Assembly (NCBI GenBank): GCA_963743545.1
Contig: CAVUQB010000005.1
Span: forward strand, 998,723 to 1,062,722
Direction: 5' to 3'
Origin: an uncultured Actinomycetes bacterium
GTDB lineage: Bacteria; Actinomycetota; Thermoleophilia; Gaiellales; Gaiellaceae
DNA length: 64,000 nucleotides
In this document: piece after piece, positions 59,261 to 64,000 of the stretch
Position numbering within the stretch: the first letter of the stretch is position 1
How the letters are laid out: each line of letters opens with the position of its first letter
Notes under the pieces: generated by a model
What the model was told of the DNA's origin: nothing
Databases searched by the model: none
The model's input: the letters and a program-made list of their open reading frames with translations, nothing else
Translations under genes and position numbers: made by a program

Positions 59261-60267
59261 AGGACCAGCTCCGCGAGCGTCTGCAGCGCCTCCGGCTGCG
59301 TCGTGCCGAGCACGAGCGTGGTGACCGGCGTCTCTCGCCACGCCTCGAGCCGTTCCGCGATGCGCTCCTTCGGCCCGATCAGCGAAACCGCGTCCACGAG
59401 CTCGTCCGGCACGGCCGCGATCGCCTCTCGCTGCTTGCCGCCGAGGTAGAGCTCCTGGATCCGTTCGGCCTCCTCCTCCCAGCCGTAGCGGCGCACGAGC
59501 GAGTTGTAGAAGTTGCGGCCTTTCGCGCCCATGCCACCGACGTAGAGCGCGACGTACGGCCGCAACGCGTCGCGGAGCGCGGGCACGTCGTCGCCGACGA
59601 AGACGCTCGCGGTCGCCGCGATCTCGAAGTCGGGCGGCGCCGCGGCGAGGCTCGGCCCGAACGCCTCGTCGAAGCGCTCGGGCGCGACGAAGATCGGGAG
59701 CCAGCCGTCGGCGATCTCGGCCGCAAGCGCGACGTTCTTCGGCCCGAGCGCCGCCAGGTAGATCGGGATCTCGGCGCGCAGCGGGCGCAGCATCAGCTTC
59801 AGCGGCTTCCCGAGCCCGGTCGCGCCGGGTCCGGCGTACGGGATCCCGTAGTGCTCGCCGTCGTGCTCGACGACCTCGCGCCGCAGCGCCGTGCGGACGA
59901 TCTCGACGTACTCGCGCGTCTTGCCGAGCGGCTTGCCCCACGGCTGCCCGTGCCAGCCCTCCACCACCTGCGGCCCCGAGGTGCCGAGGCCGAGCAGGAA
60001 GCGGCCGTCGGAGAGGAGGTCGAGCGTCGCCGCGGTCATCGCCGCGTTCGCAGGCGTGCGGCCGGGGATCTGCATGATCGCCGAGCCGAGCTTGATCTTC
60101 TCGGTCTTCGCGGCGAGCCAGCCGAGGACGCTGACCGCGTCGGTGCCCCAGGCCTCGGCGACCCAGACCGAGTCGAAGCCGAGCCGCTCCGCCTCCTCCA
60201 CGAGGGGGAACAGGTCGGCCGGGTTCGTGCCGGGCGGCGCGTAGCCGAGGTTGAGGCCGAGCTTCAC
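59257..60267 (-). CDS. LLM-class (luciferase-like) F420-dependent oxidoreductase
   Basis: (V)KLGLNLGY ... [15 protein letters not shown] ... [16 protein letters not shown] is the typical LLM/F420 family pattern. Confidence 0.8.
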   Translation of the reverse strand: MKLGLNLGYAPPGTNPADLFPLVEEAERLGFDSVWVAEAWGTDAVSVLGWLAAKTEKIKLGSAIMQIPGRTPANAAMTAATLDLLSDGRFLLGLGTSGPQVVEGWHGQPWGKPLGKTREYVEIVRTALRREVVEHDGEHYGIPYAGPGATGLGKPLKLMLRPLRAEIPIYLAALGPKNVALAAEIADGWLPIFVAPERFDEAFGPSLAAAPPDFEIAATASVFVGDDVPALRDALRPYVALYVGGMGAKGRNFYNSLVRRYGWEEEAERIQELYLGGKQREAIAAVPDELVDAVSLIGPKERIAERLEAWRETPVTTLVLGTTQPEALQTLAELVL

Positions 60268-60289
60268 GTCTCGATCCTACGATGCGTCG

Positions 60290-60877
60290 GTGACCGAGTG
60301 GGAGTGGGATCCGGACACGTACCTCGCGGAGATGGCCGCCGAGATCCCCGGCTACGAGGAGCTGCAGGAGGCGGTCGTGGCGGCGGCGACGGGTGTCCGC
60401 GCCGCACGTGTGCTCGAGCTCGGCATCGGCACGGGCGAGACCGCGCTGCGGCTGCGCGCTCAGCATCCGCGGGCTAGCTGGCTCGGGATCGACGCGAGCG
60501 AACCGATGCTCGCGCGGGCGCGCGAACGGCTCCCGGACGCGGACCTGCGGCCGGCGCGGCTCGAGGACGAGCTTCCGCCGGGCCCGTTCGACCTCGTCGT
60601 CTCGGCCCTGGCGGTGCACCACCTCGACGGTGCCGGGAAGCGGGACCTGTTCGCGCGTGTGGCCCGGGTGCTGCAGCCGGGAGGCGTGTTCGTGCTCGGC
60701 GACGTCGTCGTGCCCGCGCCGGGCCTGGCGGGGCCGATTTACGTCGACTGGGTGATGGACACGCCCGACAGCGTCGACGACCAGCTCGCGTGGCTGCACG
60801 CTGCGGGCTTCGAGGCGGAGGCTTCCTCCGTCCGTGTTGACCTGGCCGTGTTCCGCGCTACGCTCAACAGCCCGTGA
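60290..60877 (+). CDS. class I SAM-dependent methyltransferase
   Basis: VLELGIGTGETALRL (motif I), DLVVSALAVHHL, LQPGGVFVLGD. Start set at GTG 60290 to avoid overlapping the divergent LLM start. Confidence 0.8.
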   Translation: MTEWEWDPDTYLAEMAAEIPGYEELQEAVVAAATGVRAARVLELGIGTGETALRLRAQHPRASWLGIDASEPMLARARERLPDADLRPARLEDELPPGPFDLVVSALAVHHLDGAGKRDLFARVARVLQPGGVFVLGDVVVPAPGLAGPIYVDWVMDTPDSVDDQLAWLHAAGFEAEASSVRVDLAVFRATLNSP

Positions 60878-62847
60878 CGCACCCGGAGCTCGCAGCCGAG
60901 CAGGCCTACGTCGACCGCGCCTACGACCAGCTCGACCACATGCGGTCGACGGTCGCGCGCACGCAGGAGGCGATGGCGACCGAGTGGGCGGCGCTGAACA
61001 TGGAGGCGTGGGTCAAGCGGCGGATGCGCACGTTCGAGGACGCCGAGCGCGGCCTCGTCTTCGGACGGCTCACGCTCGACGGCACTCCCCGCCCGCTCTA
61101 CGTCGGCCGTCGCTGGGTGCACGACGACGAGCACAGGTCGCTGGTCGTGAACTGGCAGGCGCCAGCGGCGCGGCCGTTCTACACGGCGACGCCCCAGACG
61201 CCGCACGGCGTGCAGCAGCGCCGCCGCTTCCGCTCCGAGGGCCGACGCCTCACGGACATCTCCGACGAGTCGCTGGACGGCAGCGTGGTCGAGGGCGCGA
61301 ACGTCTCCGACTTCCTGCTCGAGGAGCTCGACCGCCGCCGCGACGTGCGGATGCGCGACATCGTCGCCACGATCCAGTCGGACCAGTACCGGCTGATCAC
61401 GGCCGAGCCCGAGGGCGCGCTCGTCGTGCAGGGCGGCCCGGGCACCGGCAAGACGGCGGTCGGTCTGCACCGCGCGTCGTGGCTCCTCTACACGCATCGC
61501 GAGCGGCTGCGACGCGTGCTCGTGGTGGGGCCGAACCCGACGTTCATGGACTACGTCTCCCACGTGCTCCCGACGCTCGGCGAGGAGGCGGTCGAGCAGC
61601 GGGCGGTGACCGAGTTGGTCGACGGGATCGAGGCCGTCCGCGAGGAGGAGCCCGAGGTGGCGCGGCTCAAGGGCGATCCGCGGCTGCGCGAGGTCGTGGC
61701 GCGCGCGGTCGAGATCGCGGTCGTGCCGGCGCCGGAGGAGCTCGTCACGCTGGTCGACGGCACCTACGTGCGGGTGCGGGAGCGCGACGTCGCTGCGCTG
61801 CTCGAGGAGGCGCTGGAGGCCGGCGCGCCGCTCGGCCTCGCGCGCGAGCGGTTCCGGATGGCCGTGCTTCGCCGCTTCTACGAGCGCTACGGCGAGTTGT
61901 TCGGCCCGCGCGCCCTGCGCAGCTTCGACGAGCTCGAGCAGGCGCTGCGGCGCGGCGGCTTCCTCACGCGCTGGCTCGACCACGTCCTGCCGCTACCGCA
62001 GCCCGAGAAGCTCGTCTCGCGACTCCTCACGTCGCCGGCCGCGCTCGAGGCCGCGTCCGAGGAGGTGCTCGACGCCGACGAGCGCAAGCTCCTGCTGCGC
62101 GATCGGCCGCGGCGGATGTCCGACCTGCGCTGGAGCGACCAGGACGTGCCGCTGCTCGACGAGGCGCGGACGCTGCTCGCCGGCGCGCCGCGCTCGTACG
62201 GACACGTGATCGTCGACGAGGCGCAGGACCTCTCACCGATGCAGCTGCTCGCGATCTCGCGTCGGGCCGTCGACGGCTCGTTCACGATTCTCGGTGACGT
62301 CGCGCAGGCGACCGGCCCCGTCGTCTACCGCCGCTGGCAAGAGCTCCAGCCGTATCTGCCGGACGACGCCGAGATGGACATCGAGGAGTTGCGCCACGCC
62401 TACCGCGTCCCGGCCGAGATCATGGACTTCGCGTTGCCGCTCCTCGATCGGATCGCGCCCGAGGTAGAGCCGCCGCTCGCCTACCGCAAGGGCGGCGACC
62501 CGCCGAAGCTCGTCCAGGTCGGGGCGGAAGAGCTGCTCGCGGCCGCGCTGCGCGAGGCGTCCGCGCTCGCCGAGCTGGACGGACTGCTCGCGGTGATCGT
62601 GCCGCGCTCGTTCGCGGGCAGCGTGCCTCAGGGCGAGCTCTTCGACGAGATCTCGGTCCCGGTGCTGACGCCGCGGCAGGCGAAAGGCCTCGAGTTCGAC
62701 CACGTCGTCGTGGTCGAGCCGGCAGCGGTTGCGGACGACGGGGATCGCGGGCTGCGCGAGCTCTACGTAGCGCTGACGCGGCCGACCAGGACGCTCGTCG
62801 TCGTCCACGCACGGCCGCTCCCCGAAGGCCTATCCGCGCCGACGTAG
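60874..62847 (+). CDS. helD: HelD-like (UvrD-family, class II actinobacterial type) RNA polymerase-associated helicase
   Basis: N-terminal AYVDRAYDQLD...FGRL...LYVGRRWVHDDEHRSLVVNWQAPAARPFY (HelD N-domain pattern), VVQGGPGTGKTAVGLHRASWLLY (Walker A), VIVDEAQDL, KGLEFDHVVVV. GTGA overlap with the methyltransferase. Confidence 0.8.
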   Translation: MTHPELAAEQAYVDRAYDQLDHMRSTVARTQEAMATEWAALNMEAWVKRRMRTFEDAERGLVFGRLTLDGTPRPLYVGRRWVHDDEHRSLVVNWQAPAARPFYTATPQTPHGVQQRRRFRSEGRRLTDISDESLDGSVVEGANVSDFLLEELDRRRDVRMRDIVATIQSDQYRLITAEPEGALVVQGGPGTGKTAVGLHRASWLLYTHRERLRRVLVVGPNPTFMDYVSHVLPTLGEEAVEQRAVTELVDGIEAVREEEPEVARLKGDPRLREVVARAVEIAVVPAPEELVTLVDGTYVRVRERDVAALLEEALEAGAPLGLARERFRMAVLRRFYERYGELFGPRALRSFDELEQALRRGGFLTRWLDHVLPLPQPEKLVSRLLTSPAALEAASEEVLDADERKLLLRDRPRRMSDLRWSDQDVPLLDEARTLLAGAPRSYGHVIVDEAQDLSPMQLLAISRRAVDGSFTILGDVAQATGPVVYRRWQELQPYLPDDAEMDIEELRHAYRVPAEIMDFALPLLDRIAPEVEPPLAYRKGGDPPKLVQVGAEELLAAALREASALAELDGLLAVIVPRSFAGSVPQGELFDEISVPVLTPRQAKGLEFDHVVVVEPAAVADDGDRGLRELYVALTRPTRTLVVVHARPLPEGLSAPT

Positions 62848-63648
62848 GTGACGGCGACGCCGTTCGCCGAGCTGAACGAGCTCCTGGCGCGATACGTCGC
62901 TCGGGTCTCTTTGATCCTGGGCAGCGACCTGACCGGCGTCTACCTCACCGGCTCCTTCGCGCTGGGCGGCGGCGACGCGGCGAGCGACTGCGACTTCCTC
63001 ACGGTGACCAGCCTGCCCGTCGGCGACGCCGAGGAGCGCGGACTGCGCGGCCTGCACGAGGAGATTCCGGATTGGCCGAGCTACTGGGCGTACAACTTCG
63101 AGGGCTCGTACGCGCCGCGGGCCGACCTCACGACGTTGGCGAAGCTGGGCGAGCCCTGGCTGTACGTCAACCGCGGCGGGCGCGAGATGGAGTGGTCTCC
63201 GCACTGCAACACGGTGGACGTCCGGTGGGTTCTGGTCAATCGGCCGGTCGTCCTCGTGGGGACCGATCCGCGCACCTTCGCCTGCGATGTCCCGGCGGCG
63301 GTCCTGCAGAAGACGATGCGACCGCAGATCGAGAGCTTCCTCGGCGACCTGGGAACCTGGGCGTCCTTCGACGTCTCGTGGACGCAGCGATACGCGGTCG
63401 CCGCGAGCAGCCGGATGCTCTACACGCTCGAGCAGGGCGAGGTGATCTCCAAGCGGGCCGCGCTCGCGTGGGCTTCGGAGTCGCTACCGGGCCACTGGCG
63501 CGAGCTGATCGAGCAGGTGGAAAACGACCGGTTCGTGCCGTGGAACGACCCGCCGCGGCCCGGATCCGTCGACCGCGCAGTCGCCTTCGTCGAATACGTG
63601 CAGGAGCGCGCCCGTGCGGGTCAGCGCCCAGGCGAGAGCAGGCTGTAG
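62848..63648 (+). CDS. nucleotidyltransferase domain protein (aminoglycoside adenylyltransferase/DUF4111-like)
   Basis: LTGVYLTGSFALGGGDAASDCDFLTV is the G-S ... D.D nucleotidyltransferase motif. The C-terminal helical domain is as in ANT(3'')-type proteins. Confidence 0.65.
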   Translation: MTATPFAELNELLARYVARVSLILGSDLTGVYLTGSFALGGGDAASDCDFLTVTSLPVGDAEERGLRGLHEEIPDWPSYWAYNFEGSYAPRADLTTLAKLGEPWLYVNRGGREMEWSPHCNTVDVRWVLVNRPVVLVGTDPRTFACDVPAAVLQKTMRPQIESFLGDLGTWASFDVSWTQRYAVAASSRMLYTLEQGEVISKRAALAWASESLPGHWRELIEQVENDRFVPWNDPPRPGSVDRAVAFVEYVQERARAGQRPGESRL

Positions 63649-64000
63649 CCGTAGCGCCGCATCCGGCGCTCGTACCGGAGCGAGACGAGGTCGAGGTAGG
63701 CGCGCATCCGCAGGTCGTGCTTCAGCTCCTGCCACTGGCGGAAGTACTTCTCGTTTGCGCCGCCCTCGACCGGCTCGCTCGGCGGGATCGGGTCGAGCCC
63801 GAGGAACTCGAAGATCCCGCGCAGCACGCCGGCCGGGTCACGGACGAGTTGCTCGTAGGTGAGGACGTGCACCCGCTCGAGCCGCTCGCGGTCGGCCCCG
63901 AAGAGCGCATGGCAGTGGAGCCAGTGCTCGAACATCCGGTCGTAGCGGCGGGTCCCGCGCCATCTCGCGGTCGGGATCGAGACCGGAATGGGATGCCGGA
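63621..64000 (-). CDS. sulfotransferase family protein, C-terminal part (gene continues past the right edge)
   Basis: The frame stays open to 64000: ...RHPIPVSIPTARWRGTRRYDRMFEHWLHCHALFGADRERLERVHVLTYEQLVRDPAGVLRGIFEFLGLDPIP. The ...YE.LV.DP......I..FLGL tail is typical of sulfotransferases. Confidence 0.6.
   Translation of the reverse strand, partial: RHPIPVSIPTARWRGTRRYDRMFEHWLHCHALFGADRERLERVHVLTYEQLVRDPAGVLRGIFEFLGLDPIPPSEPVEGGANEKYFRQWQELKHDLRMRAYLDLVSLRYERRMRRYGYSLLSPGR

Noticed and set aside
58304-60799. A single 831-aa minus-strand ORF
   Set aside because: Only its last 318 codons (from GTG 59260) are sulfotransferase-like. The upstream part is an alternative frame over the LLM oxidoreductase and methyltransferase genes and is Arg/Ala/Gly-rich.
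1-64000. tRNA, rRNA, tmRNA, CRISPR arrays, prophage, toxin-antitoxin pairs or recognisable defence-system gene pairs
   Set aside because: Intergenic gaps are nearly all under 60 bp, and the few longer ones (16300-16419, 21533-21751, 41502-42102, 48665-48850, 57889-57956) show no cloverleaf-like or array-like structure by eye. No nuclease/ATPase defence-type modules were recognised. The HIRAN, ASCH and helicase genes all sit in metabolic or glycan operon contexts. A tRNAscan/Infernal/defence-finder run would be the formal check.

Overview
A very GC-rich bacterial chromosome segment (third codon positions are almost all G/C). It is densely packed with genes, and many neighbouring genes are joined by 1-4 nt start/stop overlaps (ATGA, GTGA, TGATG). 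The gene content suggests a deep-branching Actinomycetota-like organism (Bacillus-type QcrABC, futalosine menaquinone pathway, F420-type LLM oxidoreductase), but this taxon guess is inference only. I saw no rRNA, tRNA, CRISPR array, transposase or integrase.

Content from left to right:
- The N-terminus of a class III nucleotide cyclase.
- A 1724-aa secreted multidomain protein with a gingipain-like (clan CD) region and 23 copies of a P-V-G-S-T pentapeptide.
- A 2-oxoacid dehydrogenase E1alpha/E1beta/E2 operon, interrupted by a HIRAN-domain gene and a formamidase-family gene.
- Housekeeping and envelope genes: pcm, GtrA plus a GT-C glycosyltransferase, ymdB, a degenerate LytM protein and an AI-2E transporter.
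- A frameshifted BNR-repeat gene, then hemB-hemL.
- A roughly 10 kb co-oriented block that joins menaquinone genes (ubiD, ubiX, ubiE, polyprenyl synthase, mqnE, mqnA, mqnC) with the menaquinol:cytochrome c reductase genes qcrABC and a duplicated cytochrome c.
- A long glycan locus: DegT aminotransferase, CapD/PglF-like dehydratase, PglC-like sugar transferase, AsnB-ASCH-DUF354, a Wzy_C/O-antigen-ligase family protein, a PIG-L deacetylase and a GT2 broken at a pentanucleotide repeat.
- Within that glycan locus, a comA-cysH-cysC-cysD-cysN-tauE sulfur operon and two sulfotransferases.
- A helD-like helicase and nucleotidyl/phosphotransferase genes.

The observations I consider most worth follow-up are:
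- the sulfite/PAPS operon coupled to phosphosulfolactate synthase and to sulfotransferases;
- the possible Pgl-like glycosylation system;
- the PVGST repeat protein;
- the repeat-mediated GT2 frameshift;
- several genes whose conserved N-termini align only to CTG start codons.

All functional calls come from reading motifs by eye. No database search was run.
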